NCBI GenBank assembly: GCA_963422645.2
Contig: CAXXVO010000007.1
Span: 800,001 to 864,000 of the forward strand
DNA: 64,000 nucleotides
Direction: 5' to 3'
Origin: Alphaproteobacteria bacterium
Lineage (GTDB): Bacteria > Pseudomonadota > Alphaproteobacteria > UBA828
The notes beneath the pieces are model-generated. The model saw only the letters and a program-made list of their open reading frames with translations, ran no database searches and had not been told where the DNA came from. Below, one piece after another: positions 20,241 through 38,101 of the stretch. The position numbers were made by a program, and so were the translations under genes. The first letter of the stretch is position 1. Each line of letters opens with the position of its first letter.

Positions 20241-21254
20241 ATGAGCAGGACAGGGAAAGATCTGATCGTAAGCGTGGCGGCGGGTGCCGCCATTGTGGCG
20301 CTGTTCGCAAGCTTCGAACTGGTGGAGAGCCTGTTCGAGCTCACACGCGAGTACGAAGACTGGGATCTGGACGAGATCATCGCCTGCATCCCGGCGCTCG
20401 CCATCGTGGCAACGTGGTTTTCCCTGCGGCGTTGGCGAGAGGTCTCGGAACTGAACAGGACCCTGAACGGACAGGCCATCGAGCTCGCCGACGCGTTGGA
20501 GCAACGCCGGGCCATGGAGGAGCAGCTTCGCGAGGGGTACGAGGTCGCCGCCATGGGGACGCTTGGTGGCGGATTCGCCGGTGAGCTCCGTCGCGTGCTG
20601 GAGCCGATCGCAGGGCTTGCCGAGGAGGGACTCGAGCAGAGCGCCGCAGTCTCCGACGAGAAGATCCGACTGGAAGGGATCTCGGACGCGGCAAAGGGAG
20701 GTCTTGCGATCGTCAGTCGAATGCTCGCGTTCGGCGACGGCGGCATGCGGGTGCCGAAAACCATAGTGGCGGCCGACGGGGTGTTGGAGAGCATTTCGCT
20801 TGCCGGGGAGGCGCTCGATCCCGTCCCGGAGATCACTTGCCGCACCACCGACGACGCTTCCCGAATCCACGTCAACCCTTGGGAGCTCCACGAAGTCGCA
20901 GCACAGATCGTTACCAACGCGGCTGAGGCGACGGGCTCAGGCGGGCGGATGCAGGTGACCGTCGAGCGCACAGCGATCGATCCGCAGGGTGCAGAGGCGC
21001 GAGGCTTGACCGCCGGCAGCTATGTCCGGGTCACGGTGGAAGACGACGGACCGGGGATTCCACCGGGGCTCCAGGGCCAAGTGTTCGAGCCCTTCTTCAC
21101 GACCAAGGGGGCGGGGGATGGCAAGGGCCTCGGGCTTGCCATCGCCTATAGCCTGGTGCGCGGGTGGAAGGGCGATTTGTCGGTGGATTCCGAACCGGGA
21201 AGGGGCGCAATCTTCGAGATATTGATCCCAACCAGAGATGCGGACGAATACTGA
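20241..21254 (+). CDS. Membrane sensor histidine-kinase-like protein lacking the H-box His
   Basis: Two TM helices and a coiled coil; HATPase N/G1/F/G2 boxes intact; H-box reads GTLGGGFAGELRR. Confidence 0.8.
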   Translation: MSRTGKDLIVSVAAGAAIVALFASFELVESLFELTREYEDWDLDEIIACIPALAIVATWFSLRRWREVSELNRTLNGQAIELADALEQRRAMEEQLREGYEVAAMGTLGGGFAGELRRVLEPIAGLAEEGLEQSAAVSDEKIRLEGISDAAKGGLAIVSRMLAFGDGGMRVPKTIVAADGVLESISLAGEALDPVPEITCRTTDDASRIHVNPWELHEVAAQIVTNAAEATGSGGRMQVTVERTAIDPQGAEARGLTAGSYVRVTVEDDGPGIPPGLQGQVFEPFFTTKGAGDGKGLGLAIAYSLVRGWKGDLSVDSEPGRGAIFEILIPTRDADEY

Positions 21255-21447
21255 ATAACAGGTGGAAGAACTTGGAGAGATCAGGAGATTCGATCGCTGG
21301 AAGCAGCCATCGAAGGGTCCGCTGGCGGCATCGCAATTCGCGTCTGCAACATTGTGGATCAGGGCCGATTCCTGTAGCCTATATGTCATGAGGACCGAGT
21401 CACGACGCGTGGCCTAATTCCTTGTCTTCCAATAATCTTTCCGGTCA

Positions 21448-24154
<2,707 letters not shown>

Positions 24155-24162
<8 letters not shown>

Positions 24163-24661
24163 GCGGGTCGGCCTCTATCCCGGAACCTTCGACCCGATCA
24201 CCACGGGTCACCAGGACATCATCAAACGTTCCCTTAGAGTGGTGGACAGGTTGGTCGTGGGGATTGCCGTCAACGCCGGCAAGAGCCCGCTCTTCGACGT
24301 GGACGAGCGGGTGGCCCTCACCCAACAGGACCTCGAAGCGCTCGGTCTCAAGCCGCCGCAGCTAGAGGTCCGCAGCTTCGACAGCCTGCTCATGCACTTC
24401 GCTCATGAGGTCGGCGCCACTGTCATCATGCGCGGGCTGCGCGCGGTAGCCGATTTCGAGTACGAGTTTCAGATGGCAGGCATGAACTCCAGGCTCGACC
24501 AGGGTGTGGAGACCGTGTTCCTGATGGCGTCGGAGCGGCATCACTTCATCGCCTCCAAGCTGGTCAAGGAGATCGCCTCCCTCGGCGGCGACGTGTCGAG
24601 CTTCGTCTCGCCGCTCATCGCACAGCGACTCGCCGAGCGGTTCGGGACGCCGCCTCCCTGA
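24155..24661 (+). CDS. coaD: Phosphopantetheine adenylyltransferase
   Basis: [24 protein letters not shown]. Confidence 0.95.
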
Positions 24662-24685
24662 GGCAGGCGGCGCCGGCGGCCAGCG

Positions 24686-25714
24686 GTGCGTGTCGACCCC
24701 TTCGATTTCGACCTCCCACGCGAGGCAATCGCGACACGCCCCGCCCGTCCGCGCGATTCGGCGCGCCTGCTGGACCTGACCACCGGCCTCGCCCACCGTG
24801 GCATAGCGGATCTCCCGGCCCTGCTGCAGCCGGGCGACATGATGGTCTTCAACGATACGCGGGTAATCCCGGCGCGCCTTGTGGGCCGGCGGGGCGAGGC
24901 GAAGGTAGAGCTCACCCTGCACCGGCGCGTCGCGGACGACCGCTGGCAGGCACTCGCCAAGCCCGCGCGGCGGCTTAGGCCGGGGGACAGGGTGCGCTTC
25001 GCCGGAGATTTTTGGGCCACGGTCGAGGCGCGGGATGGGCCGGAGGTGAGCCTGGTCTTCGACCGGGGCGGTACGGCGCTCGCCGAGGCGCTGCAACGCC
25101 ACGGCGCCATGCCGCTGCCGCCCTATCTCCGCCGCGCCGCCGACGCGCGCGACCGCGATGATTACCAGACCGTGTTCGCACGCTGTGAGGGCGCCGTCGC
25201 CGCCCCGACTGCCGGTCTGCATTTCACCGAGCGAGTGCTGCAGGCCATCGACGCGCGCGGCATCGCGCGGCGTTTCGTCACCCTCCACGTCGGTGCCGGC
25301 ACGTTTCTGCCGGTCTCGGTCGAGGACACCGCCGATCACCCGATGCACGGCGAGTCTTGCGTGCTCACGCCCGACACAGCCCTCGCCATCAACCGCTGCC
25401 GCGCGGCCGGCGGGCGCATCGTCGCGGTGGGCACCACCGTCGTGCGACTGCTGGAGAGCGCCGCCCAGCCCGATGGTAACGTCGAGGCGTTCGCCGGCGA
25501 GGTCGATCTCTTCATCGAGCCGGGTTATCGCTTCAAGGCTGTCGACTTGATGCTGACCAACTTCCACCTGCCCCGTTCCACGCTCTTCATGCTGGTCTGC
25601 GCCTTCGTCGGCACCGAGCGGATGAAGGCGGCCTACACGGAGGCTCTTGCGGCAGGCTATCGCTTCTACTCCTACGGCGACGCCTGCCTGCTCGCGCGCG
25701 GGGAGGCCCCTTGA
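24686..25714 (+). CDS. queA: SAM:tRNA ribosyltransferase-isomerase
   Basis: [32 protein letters not shown] and YRFYSYGD. Confidence 0.95.
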   Translation: MRVDPFDFDLPREAIATRPARPRDSARLLDLTTGLAHRGIADLPALLQPGDMMVFNDTRVIPARLVGRRGEAKVELTLHRRVADDRWQALAKPARRLRPGDRVRFAGDFWATVEARDGPEVSLVFDRGGTALAEALQRHGAMPLPPYLRRAADARDRDDYQTVFARCEGAVAAPTAGLHFTERVLQAIDARGIARRFVTLHVGAGTFLPVSVEDTADHPMHGESCVLTPDTALAINRCRAAGGRIVAVGTTVVRLLESAAQPDGNVEAFAGEVDLFIEPGYRFKAVDLMLTNFHLPRSTLFMLVCAFVGTERMKAAYTEALAAGYRFYSYGDACLLARGEAP

Positions 25715-26829
25715 GCCTCGGCTTTGCCGTCGAGGCGACGGACAGCCACGCCAGGCTTGGCCGGCTGGAGACCGCCCATGGGCCTGTACACACGCCCGCG
25801 TTCATGCCGGTTGGGACCCAGGCAACGGTTAAGGGGCTCACGGTCGATGCCGTGAGGGCAAGCGGCGCGGAGATGGTGCTTGCCAACACCTATCACCTGA
25901 TGATCCGCCCCGGCGCAGGCCGTATCGCCCGTCTCGGCGGCCTGCGCAGGTTCATGAACTGGCCGGGGCCCATCCTCACGGATTCGGGTGGCTTTCAGGT
26001 GATGTCGCTCGCCCAGCTCCGCACCGTGCAGGAGGACGGCGTCGTCTTCCGCGCGCACACCGACGGCTCCCGCCATCATCTGACGCCGGCGGGCGCCATG
26101 GAAATCCAGCATGCGCTGGACAGCAATATCACCATGGTGCTGGACGAATGCACGCCCTATCCGGCCAGCGAGCCGGAGGCGGCCGACTCCATGCGCCGCT
26201 CCATGCGCTGGGCCGCGCGCTGCAAGGAGGCGTTCGTGCCCAGGCCGGGCTATGGGCTCTTCGGCATCGTGCAAGGCGGCGTCTACCCTGAGCTACGGGC
26301 GGAGTCGGCGGCAGCGCTGACGGAGATCGGCTTCGACGGCTACGCCGTGGGCGGGCTCGCGGTGGGCGAGGGGCAGGCCCAAATGCTGGCGGTGCTCGAT
26401 GGGCTCGAGGGCGCGTTGCCGGCGGAGCGGCCGCGTTACCTGATGGGGGTAGGCACGCCGGACGACATCGTGAAGGCGGTCTGCCGTGGGATCGACTTAT
26501 TCGACTGCGTGCTGCCCACCCGCTCGGGCCGCACCGCGCGCGCCTATACCGCGAGCGGCACCCTCAACATGCGGAATGCCCGACACGCCGAGGACCCGTC
26601 GCCGGTCGATACCGCCTGCGCCTGCCCCACTTGCGCGGACTACAGCCGCGCCTACGTCCACCACCTCTTTCGCACCGGCGAAATGCTCGGCCCCATCCTG
26701 CTGAGCCAGCACAATCTCTACGTCTATCAGCGGCTGATGGCCGATCTGCGCGCCGCGATCGCAGACGGGCGCCTCGACACCTTCGCGGCGGCGCAGGGAA
26801 GGGGCGGGGAGGCCGAGGAAGACGACTGA
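25711..26829 (+). CDS. tgt: Queuine tRNA-ribosyltransferase
   Basis: [33 protein letters not shown] and CxCxxC. Confidence 0.95.
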   Translation: MSLGFAVEATDSHARLGRLETAHGPVHTPAFMPVGTQATVKGLTVDAVRASGAEMVLANTYHLMIRPGAGRIARLGGLRRFMNWPGPILTDSGGFQVMSLAQLRTVQEDGVVFRAHTDGSRHHLTPAGAMEIQHALDSNITMVLDECTPYPASEPEAADSMRRSMRWAARCKEAFVPRPGYGLFGIVQGGVYPELRAESAAALTEIGFDGYAVGGLAVGEGQAQMLAVLDGLEGALPAERPRYLMGVGTPDDIVKAVCRGIDLFDCVLPTRSGRTARAYTASGTLNMRNARHAEDPSPVDTACACPTCADYSRAYVHHLFRTGEMLGPILLSQHNLYVYQRLMADLRAAIADGRLDTFAAAQGRGGEAEEDD

Positions 26830-26838
26830 CCGGTGAGG

Positions 26839-27594
26839 TCAGTCGCCGAAGCTCTTGACCCGCTCTGCCGTCTCGGGGTCGAGGAAGCGCTGCACCGTCG
26901 CCTCGGTCTCCAGCGCTAGCGCGCCCTCGATATCGAGGCCGCCCGCCCGGTTGAGCACCCGCTTGAGGTCGCGCACCGCGCCCTGGGGCAGGACGGCGAT
27001 ACGCGCGGCCGTCTCGTGCGCCGTCTCGAACACCGCATCGTCCGGCACCACGCGCCAGGCGAGGCCCATCTCGTGCGCGTCTGCGGCGCCGAAGGTCTCG
27101 CCGAGCAGGAGCAGTTCACGGGTCTTCGCCAGCCCCACGATGCGCGGCAGGATCGCCGTTACGCCGCCGGTCGGGAACATGCCCCACTTGATCTCCGGGA
27201 AGAAGCACCTGGTGCCCTCGCCGAAGACGGCGAGGTCGCAGTTGATCGCCCACTCCAGCCCGCCGCCCACGGCCCAGCCGTGAATGGCGCCGACCACCAC
27301 TTTGTCGCCCAGTACCAACCGGCGCGAGACCTCCTGGATCGCCTCGATAAAGGCCCGGGTTTCCACTTCGCCGGCGGTCTGGTTCTCGATCTCCTTGAGG
27401 TCATCGCCGGAGCAGAAGGCGCGTCCCGCCCCGCGCAGGACCAACGCGCCCACGCCATCGTCGGCAAGCGCTGCATCGAGTGCTGCGCAGAGATCGGCGA
27501 GCAGCGTGTCGTTGAGCGCGTTGAGCCGTTCCGGCCTGTTGAGCGTGAGCGTGGCCACTCCCGCCGTCACCTCGGTGAGCACGGTACCCGCCAT
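26839..27594 (-). CDS. Enoyl-CoA hydratase/isomerase family protein
   Basis: LTLNRPERLNAL, AFCSGDDL, GWAVGGGLE. Confidence 0.9.
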   Translation of the reverse strand: MAGTVLTEVTAGVATLTLNRPERLNALNDTLLADLCAALDAALADDGVGALVLRGAGRAFCSGDDLKEIENQTAGEVETRAFIEAIQEVSRRLVLGDKVVVGAIHGWAVGGGLEWAINCDLAVFGEGTRCFFPEIKWGMFPTGGVTAILPRIVGLAKTRELLLLGETFGAADAHEMGLAWRVVPDDAVFETAHETAARIAVLPQGAVRDLKRVLNRAGGLDIEGALALETEATVQRFLDPETAERVKSFGD

Positions 27595-27596
27595 CC

Positions 27597-28895
27597 TCAA
27601 TCCTCCCGGATCAGCCGCTGCGTCTTGCCGCCGGTGCGCGGCAGCGAGCCAGGCGGCAGCAGGGTCACGTTGGCCGAGGCGCGGAGCGTCGCCTTGATCG
27701 CCTCTTCCACCCGTGCGGCAAGCGCGCCCGAGGCCGCGGCGCCTTCCTCCATCTCGGCTTCCACCGGCAGCCGGTCGTAAGGTCCGCTCCCCTTGAGCCG
27801 AATGCGGAATTCTCCCGAGAGCGCGTCGAAGCCGCCGATCACGCCGCCGACGGCGGTGGGAAAAATATTGACGCCGCGCACCACCACCATGTCATCGCTG
27901 CGACCGAGGACGCGGAAGCGGGTCGCCTCGCGCCCGCAGGTGCACATGCCCGTGCCGGTGATCACGATCACGTCGTTGGTGTGAAAGCGCACCAGCGGTT
28001 GCGCCTCGCGCTTGAGGTGTGTCAGCACCAGCTCGCCGCGCGCGCCCTCGCGCCAGGGCACCGGCTCGCCGCTCTCCGGCTCGATCAGCTCCGGGTACAG
28101 CACGTCCTCCCCTAGGAAGTGCAGGTCGTTGTTGGCCCAGCACTGGCTCGCGAAATTGCTGAACACGTCGGAGACGCCGTAGTTGGCGTTGCGCGCGGTC
28201 AAGCCCCAGACGGATTCCAGGCGTTCACGAAAGCTGGGATTGTCGAGCCCCGCCTCGCCGCCGAAGAGGCCGAGCCTCAGCCCCAGGTCACCTGGCGCGA
28301 GGCCCGGGAAGTGCTCCGCGATCGTCCGCTCCAGGACGGCGGGGTAAGAGGGCGTGCAGTGGATCACGCTGACCTTGAGGTCGAGGATCGTGCGCACCAG
28401 CAATTGGCTGTCTCCCGCGCCGAAGGGAATTACAGTCGCGCCGGTGGCCTCGAGGGAGAGATGATCGCTCACGCCACCCATCCACATCCGATAGTTGAGG
28501 CAGTGGACCGTGAGCGTCCCGGTGGTGAGCCCCGCGGCCTGGAAGCAGCGCGCGCCGACCTCGGCCGTCTGCGCCGCGTCGGCCTCAGTCTGGGCGATGT
28601 TCATGGCCTGGCCCGTGGTGCCGGAGGTGCGATGCAGGCGGATGACGAACTCGCGCACGGCCGCGAGGTAGTCGCCGAAAGGCGGATTCGCCGCCTGGGA
28701 CTCGCGCAGCATTGCCTTGTCGCAGAGGGGGAGCGCAGGCAGGTCCTTCAGCCGCTCCGGCACTGAGCGGCCAGCCCACAGCCGAGCGAAGAAGGGCGAT
28801 CGCCCGATCACGTAAGCCCGCTGGGCACGCCAACGCTCTTGCTGGAGTGCGGCAATGCCTTCAGACGGCCGAAGCGCCTCGCTTACAGGGCTCAT
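27597..28895 (-). CDS. Phenylacetate-CoA ligase family protein
   Basis: HRTSGTTG, NYGVSD, LGRSDDMVVVRGVNIFP. Confidence 0.85.
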   Translation of the reverse strand: MSPVSEALRPSEGIAALQQERWRAQRAYVIGRSPFFARLWAGRSVPERLKDLPALPLCDKAMLRESQAANPPFGDYLAAVREFVIRLHRTSGTTGQAMNIAQTEADAAQTAEVGARCFQAAGLTTGTLTVHCLNYRMWMGGVSDHLSLEATGATVIPFGAGDSQLLVRTILDLKVSVIHCTPSYPAVLERTIAEHFPGLAPGDLGLRLGLFGGEAGLDNPSFRERLESVWGLTARNANYGVSDVFSNFASQCWANNDLHFLGEDVLYPELIEPESGEPVPWREGARGELVLTHLKREAQPLVRFHTNDVIVITGTGMCTCGREATRFRVLGRSDDMVVVRGVNIFPTAVGGVIGGFDALSGEFRIRLKGSGPYDRLPVEAEMEEGAAASGALAARVEEAIKATLRASANVTLLPPGSLPRTGGKTQRLIRED

Positions 28896-28937
28896 GGGTT
28901 ACGACCCCGCGCGCATTCGGCCGCGTCCGCGAGCGGC

Positions 28938-33448
<4,511 letters not shown>

Positions 33449-33452
<4 letters not shown>

Positions 33453-34885
33453 GCGGCTGCCTCCCTCACGCCGTCGCGCTCGTCAGCGTTCGCCTGGATA
33501 TAGCGGTGGATTGAGCGCGCGGCGTCGCGCCCGTCCTTGATCGCCCATACCACCAAGGAGGCGCCGCGCACGATGTCACCGACGGCGAAGACGCCGTCGA
33601 GGCTCGTCATCATGGTGCTCCAGTCGATCAGCAGCGTGCCCCAGCGCGTCGTCTTGAGCGCGGGCTCTCCGAACAGCGCTGGCAGGTCCTCGGGGTCGAA
33701 ACCGAGCGCCTTGATCAGCAGGTCGGCGTCGATGGAATAGCTCGAGCCCGGTATTGCCTGGGGCGTCTGACGCCCGCTGGCATCGGCGACACCAAGGTGA
33801 ATGCGCACGGCGCGCACGCCCTCCACACTTGTGTCGCCGAGCACGGCCTCGGGCGCGGACAGCCAGACGAACTCGACGCCCTCCTCCTCGGCGTGGGTGA
33901 CCTCCTGCATGGAGCCCGGCATGTTCACGCGGTTGCGCCGGTAGAGGCAGCGCACCGACCGTGCTCCCTGGCGTACCGCCGTGCGCACACAGTCCATCGC
34001 CGTGTCGCCGCCGCCGACGACAACGACGTTCTTGCCGCTGGCATCGAGGGTGCCGTCGTCGAAGGCCGGCACCGAATCGCCCAGCCCCTTGCGGTTGCTG
34101 GCGGTGAGGTAGTCCATTGCCTGGAAGATGTTGCCGAGGCCGATCCCCGGCACGGTCATGTCGCGCGCGTTGTAGGCCCCGGTTGCGACCACGAGCGCAT
34201 CGTGCCGCGCGCGGAGCTCTTCGAGCGAAATGTCGCGCCCGACTTCGACGTTGAGGTGCAGGTGCACGCCGCCTTCGATGAGCAGGTCGGCGCGGCGCTG
34301 GACGATGGTCTTCTCCAGCTTGAAGTTCGGAATCCCGTAGATCAGCAGGCCGCCCACCCGGTCATAGCGGTCGTAGATGTGGGCCTGATAGCCCATCCGG
34401 CGCACTTCCTCGGCGACGGTCATCCCACCGGGGCCGGCGCCCACGATCCCCACCGATTGCGGGCGCTCGACCCTGGGCCTCGGCGGCTTGACCCAGCCGT
34501 TGCGGAAGGCCGTGTCGGTGATGTAGCGCTCTACAGCGCCGATGGTGACCGACTCGAAGCCCTTTTCGATCACGCAGTTGCCTTCGCAAAGCCGATCCTG
34601 AGGGCAAATGCGGCCGCAAATCTCGGGCATATTGTTGGTGGCGGAGGAAATCTCGTAGGCTTCTTCCAGCCGCCCCTGCGCCGTCAGCATCAGCCAGTCG
34701 GGAATGTTGTTCGAGACAGGGCAGTGAATCTGACAAAACGGGACCCCGCACTGGGAACAGCGCGCTGCCTGGTCGGAGGCGGCCTCCGGGCGGTAGTCGT
34801 CGTACACCTCTCCCCAGTCGCGGCGGCGGAGCGCCGGCGCCCGCTTGTCCGGGTGCTGCTGCTCGAGCGTGACGAACTTGAGCAT
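33449..34885 (-). CDS. gltD: Glutamate synthase small subunit
   Basis: RCSQCGVPFCQIHCP, CGRICPQDRLCEGNC and GGGDTAMDC. Start near MLKFV; the longer listed ORF is an upstream extension. Confidence 0.95.
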
Positions 34886-35209
34886 GTCTGAGCCCACGCG
34901 CTCTCTCCCTAGCGTTTCTGCGTGGCGACCGCCGCCGCCACCGGTCTTGCGCTGATGCCCCAACGTACTATAGCGGCATGTCGGTGTGCGCGCTAGGCAA
35001 TTCGACTCTTTGCGGCAGTAACATTGTCTAAAAGTTGCGGCGCGTGCTCCACGAAAATTCTCGGTGAGCGGTCGGACCAATGCTCGCGCCGATTTTGGGT
35101 CCGATACGCGACGATACGTCACGAGCGGCGCATCGTGCCTGATCGGGCCAGCGATGGTATAAGCGCGCCGCCGCCCCGAGTCGGTCGACAGTGAGGCAGC
35201 AGCACGGCC

Positions 35210-36019
35210 GTGCCGTTTCTTCATATCGTCGTTCTCACGATCATCCAGGGCATCACCGAGTTTCTGCCGGTGAGCTCCTCCGGTCATCTGGTGCTGGTGC
35301 CATTCGTCACCGGGTGGCAGGATCAGGGGCTGCTCATGGACGTGGCAGTGCACGTCGGCACGCTCGCTGCAGTCCTGGTCTATTTCTGGCGCGATCTCGG
35401 GCAAATGCTCCTCGGCTGGATCGGCGGACGCTGGCGGCGGCGGGACCGGCAGCTGGGTCGGGCGCTCGGCTTCTATCTGGTGGTCTCGGCGGTCCCGGTC
35501 ATCATCGCAGGCGGCGCGATCTACGTGCTGGGACACGAGATGCTCCGCAATCCGGAGGTCGTTGCCTGGGCGACCATCGGATTCGGGTTCCTGCTCTACG
35601 GCGCCGATCGCATCGGGCTCACCGTGCGAGAGGTCGAGCACATGACGCTCGGTCATGCATTCCTCCTCGGCCTCTTCCAGGTCCTCGCGCTGATTCCGGG
35701 CGCGAGCCGCTCCGGCGTCACCATGACGGCGGCGCGCTGGCTCGGCTACGAGCGGCCGGAGGCGGCCCGCTTCGCGATGCTCATGTCGATCCCGGTGATC
35801 GCGGCGAGCGGCGCGGTTGCCGGCTACGAGGTCTGGCAGCAGGGCGACCCGTTCGTCACCGCCGACGCAGCTCTGGCAGCGGCGCTCTCCTTCGGGGTGG
35901 CGCTCGTGGCAATCGCGCTGCTGCTCGCCCTACTGCGGCGCGTGAGCTTCACGCCCTTCGTGATTTACCGCCTGCTGCTGGGCGGGGCTGTTCTGGTCTG
36001 GCTCTACTACTGGTCGTGA
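35210..36019 (+). CDS. uppP: Undecaprenyl-diphosphate phosphatase
   Basis: QGITEFLPVSSSGH, ALIPGASRSGVT. Confidence 0.95.
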   Translation: MPFLHIVVLTIIQGITEFLPVSSSGHLVLVPFVTGWQDQGLLMDVAVHVGTLAAVLVYFWRDLGQMLLGWIGGRWRRRDRQLGRALGFYLVVSAVPVIIAGGAIYVLGHEMLRNPEVVAWATIGFGFLLYGADRIGLTVREVEHMTLGHAFLLGLFQVLALIPGASRSGVTMTAARWLGYERPEAARFAMLMSIPVIAASGAVAGYEVWQQGDPFVTADAALAAALSFGVALVAIALLLALLRRVSFTPFVIYRLLLGGAVLVWLYYWS

Positions 36020-36054
36020 CGCGCCGGCGCGTCCGGCTGACGGTTCGCGCCGGC

Positions 36055-37056
36055 TCAGGTCTCGCCCACCGGAGCGGATTCGGTGTTGCCGCGCCGGTAG
36101 TCGCGCAGATAGGTCGGCAGAATGAGCTCGGCTGCCGTCGCCTCGACGCCGAGGTCGGCAAGTCCCGGCTTATCGGGCGCCACGACGTTGTCGATCCTGA
36201 GCAGCTTGACCTGATCCGGCGTGAGCGGCGGGATCGGCGCGAACTGCAGAAACTTCGCCATCACCGCCGCCCCGAAGAAGGGCACCGGCACGCAGAGCGC
36301 CTTACGGCCGGTCTCGCGCGCGACCAGCGCCATCAACTCGGCGTAGCTGTAAATCGAGGGCCCGCCAAGCTCGTAGGTCTTACCCTCCGCCGCGTCGTCG
36401 CCGAGCGCCCGCTGGGCGGCCTCGGCGATGTCGCCGACGAAGACCGGCTGGAAGCGCGTGGTGCCCGCCTCGAACTCCGGCGTGAGGAAGAGCCCGTCGA
36501 GCTTCATCTTCGGCATGCCGTCGAAGAAGAGCGGCAGCACCGGGAGCAGACGCACCATGGACGCGAAGCGATTGAAGAAATCGTCCTCCGGCCCGAACAC
36601 GAGGCTCGGCCTGAAGATGGTGGCGTTGGGGAACGCCCCCCGGACCGCCGCCTCGCCGGCCGCCTTGGAGCGCGCATAGTCCGAGGGCGAAGCCGCGTCG
36701 GCACCGATCGCCGAGACATGAAGCAGATGCTTGATGCCGGCCTCCGCCGCAGCGCGCGCAATGCGGTCGGCCGAGGCCACGTGGACGGCATAGAAATTCT
36801 GCCGGCCGCGCTCGTAGAGAATGCCGGTCAGATTGATGACGGCGTCCGCGCCGGCGACGGCGCGCCGCACCGACTCCTCGTTCCGCACGTTGGCCTGGAC
36901 CGGCACGATCTGGCCGACATCGCCGCACGGGCGCAGGAATCCGGCGAGCTCCGGCCGCCGCGTCGCGACACGGATGCCGTAGCCCTCCTGCGCCAGCCGC
37001 TGGACGATGTGGCGCCCGAGAAACCCGGTCCCGCCGAAGATGGTGACGATTTGCAA
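36055..37056 (-). CDS. Complex I NDUFA9-family SDR protein
   Basis: VTIFGGTGFLGRHIV, GDVGQIVP, FGPEDDFFNRFA. Confidence 0.9.
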   Translation of the reverse strand: MQIVTIFGGTGFLGRHIVQRLAQEGYGIRVATRRPELAGFLRPCGDVGQIVPVQANVRNEESVRRAVAGADAVINLTGILYERGRQNFYAVHVASADRIARAAAEAGIKHLLHVSAIGADAASPSDYARSKAAGEAAVRGAFPNATIFRPSLVFGPEDDFFNRFASMVRLLPVLPLFFDGMPKMKLDGLFLTPEFEAGTTRFQPVFVGDIAEAAQRALGDDAAEGKTYELGGPSIYSYAELMALVARETGRKALCVPVPFFGAAVMAKFLQFAPIPPLTPDQVKLLRIDNVVAPDKPGLADLGVEATAAELILPTYLRDYRRGNTESAPVGET

Positions 37057-37220
37057 CTCGACTCCGTTCGCCCGTCGCTGCCAGTGATGAGTTCCGTCTA
37101 TCTAGGACAACTCGCGGTGATCAGCCAGAGAAAACCACGCCGTCATATCTGTTGCCCCGCACGGCGGGCCTGCGGGACATCGCGTTGACATCGCCCGGCC
37201 TGCGGACTAGGCAGCACGCC

Positions 37221-37838
37221 ATGGCTCAGCACCTCCATCGCGGCGATCTGCCGCCGGGGCTCACCTTCGGCGATTCGGTGGCCATCGACACCGAGACGAT
37301 GGGCCTCAACCCGCATCGGGACCGGCTCTGCCTGGTGCAGCTCTCGCGCGGCGACGGCGACTGCCATCTGGTCCAGCTTCCCCCGGGCGAGCCCATCGAC
37401 GCGCCCAATCTGGCATCGCTGCTGGCCGATGAGGCGGTGCTGAAGATCTTCCACTTCGGCCGCTTCGACATCGCGGTGCTCGTGCACGCGCTCGGGGTCC
37501 GGTGTGCGCCGGTCTATTGCACGAAGATCGCCTCCCGCCTTGCGCGCACCTTCACCGACCGCCACGGCCTCAAGGACCTCTGCCGCGACCTGCTCGGCGT
37601 CGAGATATCCAAGCAGCAGCAATCCTCGGACTGGGGCGCGGACCGGCTCTCCTCCAGCCAACTCGACTACGCCGCGAACGACGTCCTCCACCTGCATCCG
37701 CTCAAGGAGAAGCTCGACGGGATGCTCGCCCGCGAGGGGCGCACCGAGCTCGCCGAGGCCTGCTTCGCCTTTTTGCCCCACCGTGCCCGCCTCGATCTCG
37801 ACGGCTGGCCCGAGGTGGACATCTTCTCCCACGACTAG
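37221..37838 (+). CDS. rnd: Ribonuclease D (short alphaproteobacterial type)
   Basis: AIDTETMGLNPHRDRLCLVQ, SKQQQSSDWG, YAANDV. Confidence 0.9.
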   Translation: MAQHLHRGDLPPGLTFGDSVAIDTETMGLNPHRDRLCLVQLSRGDGDCHLVQLPPGEPIDAPNLASLLADEAVLKIFHFGRFDIAVLVHALGVRCAPVYCTKIASRLARTFTDRHGLKDLCRDLLGVEISKQQQSSDWGADRLSSSQLDYAANDVLHLHPLKEKLDGMLAREGRTELAEACFAFLPHRARLDLDGWPEVDIFSHD

Positions 37839-37897
37839 CGCGCGTCTGTCTTCGGCTGTTGCGCGACAGGCCGCGACCGAAACCCGCCGGGGCCAAA

Positions 37898-37947
37898 GCG
37901 CAAATTTTTTGCCGGGATTCAGCGGGATTGGGCGGGACAGGCGGGAT
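37898..37947 (+). repeat. Phased GGGA(T) boxes next to an A/T tract (dispersed intergenic motif, copy 2)
   Basis: AAATTTTTT, then GGGA at 37914, 37924, 37934 and 37943. Confidence 0.5.
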
Positions 37948-38101
37948 CGGCAGAATGCCCCGCGCGCAGAATGTGAGCCCGCTCGTGCAACCGTCCCGCC
38001 TGTCGTCGCCTGATCGCTCGCGCACCGCATGGCGCGACAGTGGCGCAGACGGCACCCGCCGTGCTCCGTACCATGGTCCGGGGAGCGGGTTCAGAGCGCG
38101 G

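Noticed and set aside
24686-26829. Functional link between host queA-tgt and the phage QueC-like gene
   Set aside because: gyrA-coaD-queA-tgt is ordinary alphaproteobacterial synteny about 10 kb outside the element.
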